DNA of 64,000 nt from Escherichia phage vB_EcoM_RZ: the sequence record MW598459; one strand, 5' to 3'. This document shows, in pieces, positions 33,080 through 42,589 of this stretch. Below the pieces are notes generated by a model. It was not told where the DNA came from. It did not search any database and saw only the letters and a list, made by a program, of their open reading frames with translations. Each line of letters opens with the position of its first letter. Position 1 is the first letter of the stretch. The position numbers were made by a program, and so were the translations under genes.

Positions 33080-34174
33080 ATGAAAGTAAAAGAACTCGAT
33101 ATTGATATTGCGGGTTTGTTTAACGGAGGTTCTAAGACCTCTGCGGGGCAGTCAAAAGCTGCCCCGACTCAAGCTACTATTGTGGCGCAATATCCAGCAG
33201 AACGAGCTTCCGGTAATGATTCTTCAGATGATATGCGAGTTAATGACCTTTATAAAAATGGTCTGTTATTCACGGCATACAATTTCAGTTCAAGAACATC
33301 TCCGGAATTACGCTCAGATAGGTCAAGCCAATTGACTTCATTAAAGAACGTTTCAAATGGTGCTTCATTTAACCCGGTTAAAAGTTTAACATCTTTTGCT
33401 AAATCGAAATTAACCGGCGCAGGCTCAACGGGTAAAAGTTTTGATTCAAACGCTGTTGCAAATATCCTATTGCCTCGTTCGAAGTCTGATGTAGAATCCG
33501 TGTCGCATCGATTCAATGATGTTGGTGAATCTCTTATTACGAAAGGGGGCGGCTCAGCCACCGGTATTCTTAGTAACATCGCATCGACTGCAGTTTTTGG
33601 CGCACTCGAATCAGTTACAAACGGTGTAATGGCCGACCACGGTGAACAGATTTATACAACCGCACGAAGCATGTATGCTGGCCCGGATAACAGGACAAAA
33701 GTTTATACCTGGGAAATGACTCCACGTTCGGCCCAGGACTTAATCCAGATAGTGAAGATATACGAGATTTTTAACTATTACTCCTATGGGGAAACAGGTA
33801 AAAGTTCGTTTGCTTCCGAGTTGAAAGATAAAATCGACACATGGTATAAATCTACCTTCAAAAAAGAAGCAATTGATAACTTTGATGGTAAGTTACTCGG
33901 TGAAGAGATAACAAGCTTCCTAACGAACGTTCTGGTGGTCTCTAACCCTACTATCTGGTATATCCGCAACTTCGGTGATACAAGCTCGTACGATGGTCGT
34001 GGGGAGCTATTTGGGCCATGTCAGATTCAGAGCATAAGATTTGATAAATCTCCGGATGGTCATTTCGGCGGATTAGCTATTGCTCCTAACCTGCCATCGA
34101 CTTTTGTACTTGAAATCACTTTCCGTGAAATCATTACGCTTAACCGTGGCTCGTTATATGCGGAGGGTTTCTAA
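33080..34174 (+). CDS. 48: baseplate-tail tube junction protein gp48
   Basis: 364 aa (T4 364 aa); synteny 29-48-54. Confidence 0.85.
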   Translation: MKVKELDIDIAGLFNGGSKTSAGQSKAAPTQATIVAQYPAERASGNDSSDDMRVNDLYKNGLLFTAYNFSSRTSPELRSDRSSQLTSLKNVSNGASFNPVKSLTSFAKSKLTGAGSTGKSFDSNAVANILLPRSKSDVESVSHRFNDVGESLITKGGGSATGILSNIASTAVFGALESVTNGVMADHGEQIYTTARSMYAGPDNRTKVYTWEMTPRSAQDLIQIVKIYEIFNYYSYGETGKSSFASELKDKIDTWYKSTFKKEAIDNFDGKLLGEEITSFLTNVLVVSNPTIWYIRNFGDTSSYDGRGELFGPCQIQSIRFDKSPDGHFGGLAIAPNLPSTFVLEITFREIITLNRGSLYAEGF

Positions 34175-35133
34175 TGTTTACTTTACAAGAATTCCAAACG
34201 CAGGCGATTAATATCGACTTACAAAGGAATAACCTTTTTAGTGTGGTCTTCGCGACCACACCTTCCTCCAAATCTCAGAATCTTCTGGACCAGTTTGGTG
34301 GCGCATTATTCAGCAACCTTCCTGTTAACTCAGATTGGTTTGGTTTAACGCAAGGCGACTTAACTCAAGGGATAACAACTCTTGTTACTGCTGGGACACA
34401 AAAGCTTATTCGCAAATCAGGGATAAGCAAATATCTTATCGGGGCAATGAGTAACCGTGTTGTGCAATCATTATTGGGGGAATTCGAGGTTGGTACTTAC
34501 CTGCTTGATTTCTTTAATATGGCCTATCCAACGGCTGGTCTATTGGTCCACTCTGTTAAGCTTCCGGATAACACGTTGAACTACGAAATGGACCTCAACC
34601 ATAACGCACCAAATATCAAGATAACAGGAAGAGAATATTCTCCATTGGTATTGAGCTTTAGAATGGATTCAGAGGCAGGGAACTACAGAGCATTTAACGA
34701 TTGGGTCAACTCTGTACAGGACCCAGTTACCCAGCTAAGGGCTTTGCCTGAAGACGTTGAAGCTGATATTCAGGTTAACCTTCACTCACGAAATGGTTTG
34801 CCCCATACGGTTGTTATGTTAACTGGTTGTGTTCCTGTAAGTGTATCAGCGCCTGAATTGAGTTATGAAGGGGATAATCAGATAGCTACATTTGATGTGA
34901 CTTTTGCTTATCGCGTTATGTCAACTGGTGCGGTGGGAAGAGCTGCTGCATTGGAATGGTTAGAAGATAAGGTTATTAAGGGTGTATCCGGTATTAGTTC
35001 AGATAACAACTTGAACGCAGAAGTTGCCAAATTGAGCCGCTTGTCTGGTGCCCAATCTGGATTAACAAGTCTGTACAATACGTTCACTGGTTCTGGGAGA
35101 ACAGTCTCTGGTGGAAGTCAACGTATATTATAA
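34174..35133 (+). CDS. 54: baseplate-tail tube initiator gp54
   Basis: 319 aa (T4 320 aa); ATGA coupling with gene 48. Confidence 0.85.
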   Translation: MFTLQEFQTQAINIDLQRNNLFSVVFATTPSSKSQNLLDQFGGALFSNLPVNSDWFGLTQGDLTQGITTLVTAGTQKLIRKSGISKYLIGAMSNRVVQSLLGEFEVGTYLLDFFNMAYPTAGLLVHSVKLPDNTLNYEMDLNHNAPNIKITGREYSPLVLSFRMDSEAGNYRAFNDWVNSVQDPVTQLRALPEDVEADIQVNLHSRNGLPHTVVMLTGCVPVSVSAPELSYEGDNQIATFDVTFAYRVMSTGAVGRAAALEWLEDKVIKGVSGISSDNNLNAEVAKLSRLSGAQSGLTSLYNTFTGSGRTVSGGSQRIL

Positions 35134-35137
35134 AAAG

Positions 35138-35163
35138 AAAGGGACCCGAAGGTCCCTTTTTAT
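35138..35163. terminator. bidirectional intrinsic terminator after gene 54
   Basis: GGGACCCGAAGGTCCC hairpin, A-run before and T-run after. Confidence 0.75.
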
Positions 35164-35450
35164 TTGCGGAATGAAATGAAACCTGCTGCAGTCATTACAG
35201 CTTCTTTCTTAGCAAAGACTGTAATTGCAATTGGTGCTTCAGATTCAAGTTGTCCAGTTACTACACCATTAAAAATATTTTCTGTTTGTTCAGAATTTAC
35301 AAAGTTTTCAACAGGGCGAAGGTCAAACTTCTTATCTTCACCAAATACACGGCGCAATTCATTACCCACCGCGCTGTCAAACTCTTCTGAAGCCGGGATA
35401 ACATTCTCAACTACCAGTTCCTGACCATTAAAGCGAAAAGATGATTTCAT
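35160..35450 (-). CDS. hypothetical protein downstream of alt
   Basis: 96 aa from MKSSFRF; SD GAGGA; first ATG of the longer ORF lies inside the promoter. Confidence 0.5.
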   Translation of the reverse strand: MKSSFRFNGQELVVENVIPASEEFDSAVGNELRRVFGEDKKFDLRPVENFVNSEQTENIFNGVVTGQLESEAPIAITVFAKKEAVMTAAGFISFRK

Positions 35451-35478
35451 TTTGTTTTCCTCATGTGCAATTGATATG

Positions 35479-35509
35479 AACATTGTATCGCACTTCCTTG
35501 TGCTTGTAA
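35479..35509 (-). promoter_or_regulatory. early-type promoter (GTTTACA-N17-TACAAT)
   Basis: reverse complement: GGTTTACAagcacaaggaagtgcgaTACAATg. Confidence 0.5.
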
Positions 35510-35513
35510 ACCC

Positions 35514-37574
35514 CTACGAAAGGAATTTAGGAGGAATAGCTTCCAAATTAATACAACTAGCAAGAATACCAAGACCTTGATTGACTTTCTTCGTTACCCC
35601 AGAGGATGCAAACGATGCAAAGTCAACAGATTCTACTGGCTCTTCTGTTTCCTCGCCCTGATAAACGACAAGCTCACCAGTTTCCATCAACACATCACCA
35701 TCATAGATAACTGCATTTTCATCCAGTTGGTCCGTAGTCTGGATATCAGCTTCCAGCATTTTGACGTTCGCGTTTCCTTGATACGAAGCATCAGTAATTT
35801 TGGTAATCTTAACTACAGTCCCACGAGGAAGAATAACTTCCTGCTCGGACGGGTTGCTTGACAATTCCCCAGGAACAATTACGTTAATTAAGTCCGCCCC
35901 AGAAATTTTCCAACCAACATGCATCATTACGTGGTCGCGGCGTGCATCCGGCATATCTGGTAAAACAATTTCGTCATCAGCCTGGAAAGATGTCCCATCA
36001 CGATAGTCCTGATGAACTGCAGCCATAGCAACGTTCGCCACCCAGCCACCAAAGATAATCGGTTTAAACGACGTTGATACATAGTTCCTGAAATAAAATA
36101 ATTTAGATTTCTTAATTTTATCAAATGTAGGAACGTTTAAATATTGACCACGCCAAAGAGTTGTATTAGGCGGCAACTTATGTCCAATTTCAAAGGCCGA
36201 ATCCAATTCCTTAATTGTTTCGACAACTCTGTCTAGATTTAGGAATTCAGCTTCTTCTTCATAATATTTGCCCATCAAATAATTATTAATATCGACATAG
36301 TTTGCTCCACAATAATCTGCAATTGCTTCTCGCTGACCATAATGGAAACGGTTGTCAGTATACCCTGCTGTGAAATTAAGAGTATTTTCTGATGCTTCTT
36401 CGGCAAAGTCTTTAACTGCAACACGAATGGCGCTTGTGTATTCTTTTTCCCAGAGCGAGGCTGCATAAGTGGCTGCATCCAGGTTAGGAGGAGCATCATT
36501 CATTTTTCTTTCGATAAATGCGGCTTTGCGAAGGTTAAGAATCTCTGCACATGATTCGGCAAAAATCTGCATCTGCTTCATACTGCCAACAGGAGCACGT
36601 TTAAGTTCACGATGCATACGGTTAAAAATTGGGTCAGAGTCTTCAACACGAATTTCTTCTTTCCAAACACCATTTGCTCGCATAGCCTCATCTGCTGCGC
36701 GCATACGAGCCATAGTATTCGTTTCGGAAGGTCGAACAAAAATTTCCAGTTCTTCATAATCATCGATAAGTTCTGCCGTAGCCGGTCGACTAAACTTAGC
36801 AGCTTCTGCATCAATTTCGTCCCAACCGTCTGGTACGGAATCACTTGGAGCGTACTGGGCTTGCGCAATAGCTCGGCGACTGATTTTAGTTTTCTGGGCA
36901 ACAGCAGCATCGGTCTTTTTGTTTGCTGCGTCAATCAGAACTTCGGCTGCGATTTCTTGTTTGGAGACTTGTGCGCCTGTATCTTTATTAGTGAATACAT
37001 CGCCGACTTTAGTTTCAACTTTTTGATATTTCTCAGGGACCGGTGGCATACCATCAACCGAAAGCAGGTCAACACCCTTTTTGTACATAATTACATAAGC
37101 GTTCTTTTTACCGAGGCCAGAAGCATTCGGAAGAACATGATAACGCCCGCTGGTTTTCATTTGAATCAGTCGATTCATAATACGAATAACAGCTTGGTCT
37201 TGTCCTTTCATCTTTTTGGATGGGAAACGGAACAAGACTACATCAGGTTTGCCTAGTTTAATGCTTTCCCAGACTGTAACAAAAATCAGGTTAATTGCAT
37301 CAAGAGGTTTTTCACCTAGACCACCCTTCAGAGGAACAGCATGGCCATGTGAAGTCCCGGAGAGCAGGAATACCTCGGCAATTGCATCACCGCGTTTATA
37401 CTGTTTAACTGTTTCTTTGCCCGTGAATTGCATCAAACGTGCCATAAGAGAATTGGTCCCAGGAACACCGAATTGCCAAACCTGTGGGACCTTGTATTTT
37501 GGATTCATATTAATGACAGGATAACCGAAGGCTTCGATATATTTGTCAAAGAGTTCATTTAATTGTTCAGACAT
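35514..37574 (-). CDS. alt: Alt ADP-ribosyltransferase
   Basis: 686 aa (T4 Alt 682 aa); position between gene 54 and DNA ligase; minus-strand late promoter upstream. Confidence 0.8.
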   Translation of the reverse strand: MSEQLNELFDKYIEAFGYPVINMNPKYKVPQVWQFGVPGTNSLMARLMQFTGKETVKQYKRGDAIAEVFLLSGTSHGHAVPLKGGLGEKPLDAINLIFVTVWESIKLGKPDVVLFRFPSKKMKGQDQAVIRIMNRLIQMKTSGRYHVLPNASGLGKKNAYVIMYKKGVDLLSVDGMPPVPEKYQKVETKVGDVFTNKDTGAQVSKQEIAAEVLIDAANKKTDAAVAQKTKISRRAIAQAQYAPSDSVPDGWDEIDAEAAKFSRPATAELIDDYEELEIFVRPSETNTMARMRAADEAMRANGVWKEEIRVEDSDPIFNRMHRELKRAPVGSMKQMQIFAESCAEILNLRKAAFIERKMNDAPPNLDAATYAASLWEKEYTSAIRVAVKDFAEEASENTLNFTAGYTDNRFHYGQREAIADYCGANYVDINNYLMGKYYEEEAEFLNLDRVVETIKELDSAFEIGHKLPPNTTLWRGQYLNVPTFDKIKKSKLFYFRNYVSTSFKPIIFGGWVANVAMAAVHQDYRDGTSFQADDEIVLPDMPDARRDHVMMHVGWKISGADLINVIVPGELSSNPSEQEVILPRGTVVKITKITDASYQGNANVKMLEADIQTTDQLDENAVIYDGDVLMETGELVVYQGEETEEPVESVDFASFASSGVTKKVNQGLGILASCINLEAIPPKFLS

Positions 37575-37599
37575 AATAGGTTCCTTATAAAATATGATG

Positions 37600-37607
37600 T
37601 ATTTATA
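37600..37607 (-). promoter_or_regulatory. late promoter (TATAAATA on minus) for alt
   Basis: plus-strand TATTTATA 26 nt upstream of alt ATG. Confidence 0.55.
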
Positions 37608-37610
37608 CTA

Positions 37611-37632
37611 AAAAAGGGCCGAAGCCCTTTTG
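37611..37632 (-). terminator. intrinsic terminator after DNA ligase gene
   Basis: GGGCCGAAGCCC hairpin; T-run on the minus strand. Confidence 0.7.
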
Positions 37633-39171
37633 TTATTTTAACCCGGTCTTTGACCAGTCGCCAAATACATCTTCGAATGTGTCTGCATGGTCTTTATCGA
37701 AACGGAACCCTTTGATAATCGGCAGGAACAATGCAACCGTATTATCTTTACGAGTTTCGGAAGTCAACCAACCATTACATTCACAGTCAGCAATCATTCC
37801 AACCAATTCACCTTTACGAGCTTTAACCATTAAGGCTTCACGGTCCATTTCATGACGCTCATCAATCGGAATAGAAACCCATTTTTTGGTTTTCTTATCT
37901 TTAACTTGAGTTGTGTCTTTAAAACCAGAACCACAGTTATTTCTAATCTTACCACAAGAAGAACGAAGCACAACACCGCCAATCTTATTCGGGTCTTTAT
38001 CGTGCTCGTAATATTCAATGATTTCCATTGCAATGTCAATTACTTCTTTGAACTTATACAGGTTCTTTGAGCGCTTGTTTTCCCAAATCGATGCCATGTT
38101 CTTAAGGATAATACCTTCAAGACCTTCATCCACATATTTCTTATAGATAACCTTCGCTTCATCGAGATTGTTAACAACATGGTTTTCAATCAGAATCATG
38201 CGGTCGAAACCATGTAGCACCACGTTATCTGCAATCATCTTTTCCAGAACAGCAAAACGCACATCATATTTCAACGGATTGAGAATCTTAACATCAGAAT
38301 AGACTTCAATCAGTGGAACATAATCCCAAACCTGGAATTTCATGCAAGAAGCTTCTGTTGCAGAAATAGTTCCTTTCAATGATTTGTTTGCCAGACCATT
38401 TGAAAAGGTTCTTGATTCCGCAGTTTCTTGTACAGGGGCAATCTCATCTGAATCGTCAAAAAGGAAGCCCAAACCGTCATTCTGGGGAGCTATTTTCTGT
38501 TCATGATATACTAACTCACCGTCAATCAAAACGCCCTCAGGATGTCTCTCACGCGCTTCACGGGTAGCTTCAATCAATTCCTTTTTAAGGAGGTCAAGCT
38601 TGAGGTATTCGTTGCCAGCTCGGGATAACAATCGAACATCATCCAACTCATCGCCACGAACTTCTGCAAAACACCGAGCGCCGTCGGCTTTCAATTGCGC
38701 AAAGGCCGGGAACTTAATGTTCTTGGCAATACCAGCTTCATCATAGGAAGAAGCGAGCATCTGCGGTTGTTCAGGAATTAAACCTTTCCAAACCTTATTT
38801 GCAATTGATACGGATGCCCCGCATTCCAGGTCACGCATCATCACACGGCGAAGAACTTCAACATCTGCTTTTTTACCATCAGCAATATAGCCAGATAATT
38901 CCTCGATTGCAGCATTACCTGTTAATTTACGAGAGGCTAATGTAAATTCGATAAAGTCAAGCATATCATCAATATTCAACATGCCAAAGCTTTGAGACGT
39001 TGTACCAGGTTTAGGCCATTTCTTAATATAGAACTGGATGCCTTTGGAATATGTCAAACGATACACACGTTTGAGGGTTTCATTGTCAGAATACGATTCC
39101 AGAATAGCTTGTTTCTCTTTAGTGGAATCGGTTGCAGCAATTTCATTTAAAATATCTAAAATCATAATCAC
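37633..39171 (-). CDS. 30: ATP-dependent DNA ligase gp30
   Basis: KADGARCF (KxDG adenylation motif); N-terminus and most of the length match remembered T4 ligase; true start may be the third codon (39165). Confidence 0.9.
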   Translation of the reverse strand: MIMILDILNEIAATDSTKEKQAILESYSDNETLKRVYRLTYSKGIQFYIKKWPKPGTTSQSFGMLNIDDMLDFIEFTLASRKLTGNAAIEELSGYIADGKKADVEVLRRVMMRDLECGASVSIANKVWKGLIPEQPQMLASSYDEAGIAKNIKFPAFAQLKADGARCFAEVRGDELDDVRLLSRAGNEYLKLDLLKKELIEATREARERHPEGVLIDGELVYHEQKIAPQNDGLGFLFDDSDEIAPVQETAESRTFSNGLANKSLKGTISATEASCMKFQVWDYVPLIEVYSDVKILNPLKYDVRFAVLEKMIADNVVLHGFDRMILIENHVVNNLDEAKVIYKKYVDEGLEGIILKNMASIWENKRSKNLYKFKEVIDIAMEIIEYYEHDKDPNKIGGVVLRSSCGKIRNNCGSGFKDTTQVKDKKTKKWVSIPIDERHEMDREALMVKARKGELVGMIADCECNGWLTSETRKDNTVALFLPIIKGFRFDKDHADTFEDVFGDWSKTGLK

Positions 39172-39174
39172 CTC

Positions 39175-39456
39175 TTAGTCGTTGGCTCTATTATATGCCA
39201 CATCTTCCAAAAGCAAATCCAGGCGTTTGTGATAAGTGAACACAAATTTAGTCGACCCATCCGGTTTCATTTTAGTCATGAAGTGAACATAGATAAATCC
39301 TTGCTCAACGCATTCACGCCAAACGGGGTTATCTTTAGCCGGATTAATATCAAACGAGTAATTATGATTCACATGACGAATAAACTGGTTAACATGACCG
39401 TAATCCATCGTGGTAGTTGGACCACGGTCAGAAATAGTATGAACGACAAACATCAA
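39175..39456 (-). CDS. hypothetical protein (30.1-like position)
   Basis: 93-aa ORF, tightly packed after the ligase gene. Confidence 0.5.
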   Translation of the reverse strand: MMFVVHTISDRGPTTTMDYGHVNQFIRHVNHNYSFDINPAKDNPVWRECVEQGFIYVHFMTKMKPDGSTKFVFTYHKRLDLLLEDVAYNRAND

Positions 39457-40277
39457 TTACCCCCTTGGCCACCGGTCGGTTGATTGTACCAGTATTCAAT
39501 ACCAGTACCTACACGCTGGCCATATTGATATGGATATGCTGGATTATATCCAGGAGTCCACGGTTGACCAGGCTGCCAGCCTTGCTGCATTTGTTGTTGA
39601 AGGCGTCGAGTTTCACGAAACAGCTCTTCCAGTTTACGGAGTTCATCTGGAGTGAATTCTGGTTTGACCGGTTCATCTTTGTGTTTCAGTTTAAGCTGTC
39701 CAGCAACATCGTCCCAATTAAAAACTTTGGAAGCTGTTTTAGGAATAGCATCACGTTCGCCGCGGGCCATCCAATAAACCGGAACCTCAAGAATTTCACT
39801 CGCATGGTCGCAATGGTGTGCAAGGTCATCAATATAACAAATGACATTATATTTGTTTTTTGCCTTCTGAAACAAATCCTCTTTAGAGGCTGTATGACCA
39901 CACATCATCACTTCTTTAAACGCTCCAGGGAACAAAGCATTCAGGTTAAATTGACGATTCAAGCGTGCGTCAATGGAATCACCCAGGGCTGTAACAGCCA
40001 CAAAATCATATTGCTCTTTGAGGTTATTAATAACCCTTAATGCATCCGCATAAGGAGACAAATAGCGAATAAAGTCTGAACAGTTATATTTTTCAATTAA
40101 CTGCGCGCCTAACTCTTCATCACAATTGAAAAGTTTACCAGGGGTCACAAATTTTTCATCCTGAATCATCTTAAGGATATGTTCCAGGGGTAAATTATAT
40201 TTTTGGGCGAAATAAGGTAAGCCAGACTGCCATGACAAACATACGCCATCAATATCTGTTAAAATAACGGGTTTCAT
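39453..40277 (-). CDS. HAD-superfamily nucleotidase-like protein with low-complexity C-terminal tail (30.2-like position)
   Basis: N-terminal ILTDIDGV (DxDxV HAD motif I); C-terminal 45 aa rich in Q/P/G/Y. Confidence 0.55.
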   Translation of the reverse strand: MKPVILTDIDGVCLSWQSGLPYFAQKYNLPLEHILKMIQDEKFVTPGKLFNCDEELGAQLIEKYNCSDFIRYLSPYADALRVINNLKEQYDFVAVTALGDSIDARLNRQFNLNALFPGAFKEVMMCGHTASKEDLFQKAKNKYNVICYIDDLAHHCDHASEILEVPVYWMARGERDAIPKTASKVFNWDDVAGQLKLKHKDEPVKPEFTPDELRKLEELFRETRRLQQQMQQGWQPGQPWTPGYNPAYPYQYGQRVGTGIEYWYNQPTGGQGGN

Positions 40278-40741
40278 AATGCATCTCTCAATTGGTTAAG
40301 TATGTCAATAAATTCTTGTTCAGTCAATATTGTATCATGAACAGTAAGGTGGCTCGCCATCGAATGCTTTAAAACTTTGCCTTTTGTAGCTTGTAATGCG
40401 TCGCGGAATCCTTTGTTTTGGAGCGCTGCTTCAAAATATGCATTTGTATACAACTCTTTCCATGCTGCAGAGTATCTTGAAAAGGGAATTCCAAGCCAGA
40501 AAAGCGTCCCACGGTCCGCAGCTCTTGCATAAGCTCTTCCACTTTGCTGGGCGGCCAATCCGGACATCCCAAATATACGTTTTTGTTGTTCATGATTTCT
40601 CACCTTGCACCCTTGTAGGAAACCTTCGAGACCTCCAAACTGGATACCCTCCATAACAAAAGGCCATTTGGCAAAGTTACTTAATGCACATGATGGCCAC
40701 GGGAAATTGCTTCTTATTTCTAACTCAGACATCTTTGACAC
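40274..40741 (-). CDS. YbiA/NADAR-like (DUF1768-like) protein candidate (30.3-like position)
   Basis: ALSNFAKWPF...EGFLQGCK resembles the FSNF...W...EH.FQA.K signature of the YbiA fold; weak, motif-level only. Confidence 0.4.
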   Translation of the reverse strand: MSKMSELEIRSNFPWPSCALSNFAKWPFVMEGIQFGGLEGFLQGCKVRNHEQQKRIFGMSGLAAQQSGRAYARAADRGTLFWLGIPFSRYSAAWKELYTNAYFEAALQNKGFRDALQATKGKVLKHSMASHLTVHDTILTEQEFIDILNQLRDAL

Positions 40742-40937
40742 TGATAATATCTACATCAGCCCAATGACCATAACCAGGTAGACGGTCTTTAATAGATAAT
40801 CCGCCGTCAGATTTCAGCATTTTAATTGTTTTAGTATATGGTTCAATATTTCGGGCCCATGGACTTACGTCAGTCACGCGATAAGTAACTTCAACCATTT
40901 CTGTTCCCAAAATTTTCTGAATCAGTTTCTTAAACAC
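40725..40937 (-). CDS. hypothetical protein
   Basis: 70-aa ORF in compact early array. Confidence 0.45.
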   Translation of the reverse strand: MFKKLIQKILGTEMVEVTYRVTDVSPWARNIEPYTKTIKMLKSDGGLSIKDRLPGYGHWADVDIISVKDV

Positions 40938-40938
40938 A

Positions 40939-41133
40939 TTATCCTCGCTTTAAACATTTGATTACAGACAACTCACCACCCATGCGAACGTCTTCAGTTC
41001 CATCAACCCACAAGACTGCATATGCTTCTTTAATTTGGGTATTGCCTAATTTAAACGCAGGCAGGACCTTTGAAATCATTCCAGGAATACCCACACCTTT
41101 TAACTGAACAGTTTGTGATAAGAATAATTTCAT
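40939..41133 (-). CDS. hypothetical protein
   Basis: 64-aa ORF, coupled to neighbours. Confidence 0.45.
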   Translation of the reverse strand: MKLFLSQTVQLKGVGIPGMISKVLPAFKLGNTQIKEAYAVLWVDGTEDVRMGGELSVIKCLKRG

Positions 41134-41420
41134 TAGAACCTCATCTGGAAACCGTGTGATTTAACATTACCGCCATTAATATCAGATGAATTAATTTCAC
41201 GTGCTGCAATTGGGGCAATATCAATGTCGCGTCTAAGCTTGGTGATTGCCAGAGTATCGCGTCCATTAACAGTCCGGAATTCTAGTGGGCAAACTACATC
41301 AACATAGTTCTTAATGGAATCACGTGTTGGTTCACACCCAGCAGGAACATTAGGGCCTTTTTTAGAGAAAACAACTTCACAGAAATTTTTACGTGTATCA
41401 AAGTAAGTAGTCATAAACAT
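41133..41420 (-). CDS. hypothetical protein
   Basis: 95-aa ORF; SD upstream. Confidence 0.5.
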   Translation of the reverse strand: MFMTTYFDTRKNFCEVVFSKKGPNVPAGCEPTRDSIKNYVDVVCPLEFRTVNGRDTLAITKLRRDIDIAPIAAREINSSDINGGNVKSHGFQMRF

Positions 41421-41458
41421 AGTATTTTACTCAAGGGGGCTTTCGCCCCCATTTAAGA

Positions 41459-41824
41459 TTAGATATCAAATTCATTAAGAACTACATCAAAGATTGCTTC
41501 CAGGTGTTCAGGTTTTGCTTTGTTGCTCAGGATATGACGAATCCAAGTTTTAACCAGAAGCTTGCGATTAACACCATTCCAGCAAGGATGAGTCCCTAAA
41601 TCACGCTCACGGAAATCATCATCTAATGCGATTTTGAATACCGAACCTTCCATCGTGATTGAAAGAGTGATACCATTTTCAAATCGCATATAAACGTAGT
41701 TAGGAGTCATATACTGTTCAATTTCACACACTGAACCGTTTTGATGTTTCCACAAGCAAATAACTTCAGAAGAACCTGGGATGCAGTTAGAAACATATTT
41801 GCGTTCAAAGTTGATGTAGTTCAT
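41459..41824 (-). CDS. hypothetical protein
   Basis: 121-aa ORF with SD GGAG and promoter in inverted repeat upstream. Confidence 0.5.
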   Translation of the reverse strand: MNYINFERKYVSNCIPGSSEVICLWKHQNGSVCEIEQYMTPNYVYMRFENGITLSITMEGSVFKIALDDDFRERDLGTHPCWNGVNRKLLVKTWIRHILSNKAKPEHLEAIFDVVLNEFDI

Positions 41825-41851
41825 TTTATTCTCCAGTTGTTTTCATTTGTT

Positions 41852-41882
41852 GGTACAGGTCTATAATATCATAACCTGTACC
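41852..41882 (-). promoter_or_regulatory. early-type promoter whose -10 lies in the loop of a 9-bp inverted repeat
   Basis: GGTACAGGT-ctataatatcata-ACCTGTACC; GTTTAC -35 upstream on minus. Confidence 0.45.
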
Positions 41883-41895
41883 AAAGTAAACTGTT

Positions 41896-42264
41896 TTATG
41901 CGACTTTAATCCAATTATCTAAATTTAATTCACCCTTAGCTTTCATTTTTTCAATCAGAAGGTCTGCAGTGGTGCGACCATTTTGATACCATGTAACATC
42001 TTCAGAATAACCAGTTTCTTCATCTTCATAGGTCTTACAACGAATCTTACCAATAATCAAAGTTTTCAGTTCGTAGGTATCACCAGTAAAAAAGTTTGTT
42101 ACCATAATTTTCCAAGAGAAGTCATCAGAAGGACCTTCTGGAGTCATGCAACCTACAAATTCAAACTGCTCTTTATACAAGTGCCATTGCATCTCTTTAG
42201 TTTCGATTGCTTTGTAGCCGTCGTGGTCTTTACCTTTGATGTATGAGTTAAGATTGATTTTCAT
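41896..42264 (-). CDS. hypothetical protein
   Basis: 122-aa ORF; conserved leader with GGAG SD. Confidence 0.5.
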   Translation of the reverse strand: MKINLNSYIKGKDHDGYKAIETKEMQWHLYKEQFEFVGCMTPEGPSDDFSWKIMVTNFFTGDTYELKTLIIGKIRCKTYEDEETGYSEDVTWYQNGRTTADLLIEKMKAKGELNLDNWIKVA

Positions 42265-42304
42265 TTTATGCTCCAGTGTTTTATTGTGTAACTCAGTATG
42301 AAAT

Positions 42305-42334
42305 CATTATGCACTGGACCAACCCTGTTGTAAA
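42305..42334 (-). promoter_or_regulatory. early-type promoter (GTTTACA-N17-CATAAT)
   Basis: reverse complement: GGTTTACAacagggttggtccagtgCATAATg. Confidence 0.55.
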
Positions 42335-42354
42335 CCCCTTTATGGAAAATAAAA

Positions 42355-42380
42355 AAGGGACTCCGAAGAGTCCCTGAACT
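42355..42380 (-). terminator. intrinsic terminator (minus strand)
   Basis: GGGACTC-CGAA-GAGTCCC hairpin followed on minus by TTTTTTATTTT. Confidence 0.7.
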
Positions 42381-42543
42381 TATGCTTTCGGCTTACCAAA
42401 GCAAGCTGCATCGGCGCGCAATACCGCACGAGCACGAGCCTGAAGTTTATCAGTCACCTGATTGATTCGCTTGTTGGACGCACGCTTGTAACCAGCGCGT
42501 TTGGAGGAGCCATCAACAACTTTAACTTCTTTCTTAGCCATAT
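42381..42543 (-). CDS. small basic protein (54 aa)
   Basis: ORF below ORF-track cutoff; SD AAGAGAA; K/R-rich MAKKEVKVVDGSSKRAGYKRASNKR...; terminator downstream. Confidence 0.4.
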
Positions 42544-42589
42544 TAAATTCTCTTTAAAATAGAATGCAGGACTTATTGGCATTGCCTGC

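Noticed and set aside
36612-37256. 214-aa plus-strand ORF inside alt
   Set aside because: Antisense to alt; Phe/Ser/Cys-rich; no translation signals.
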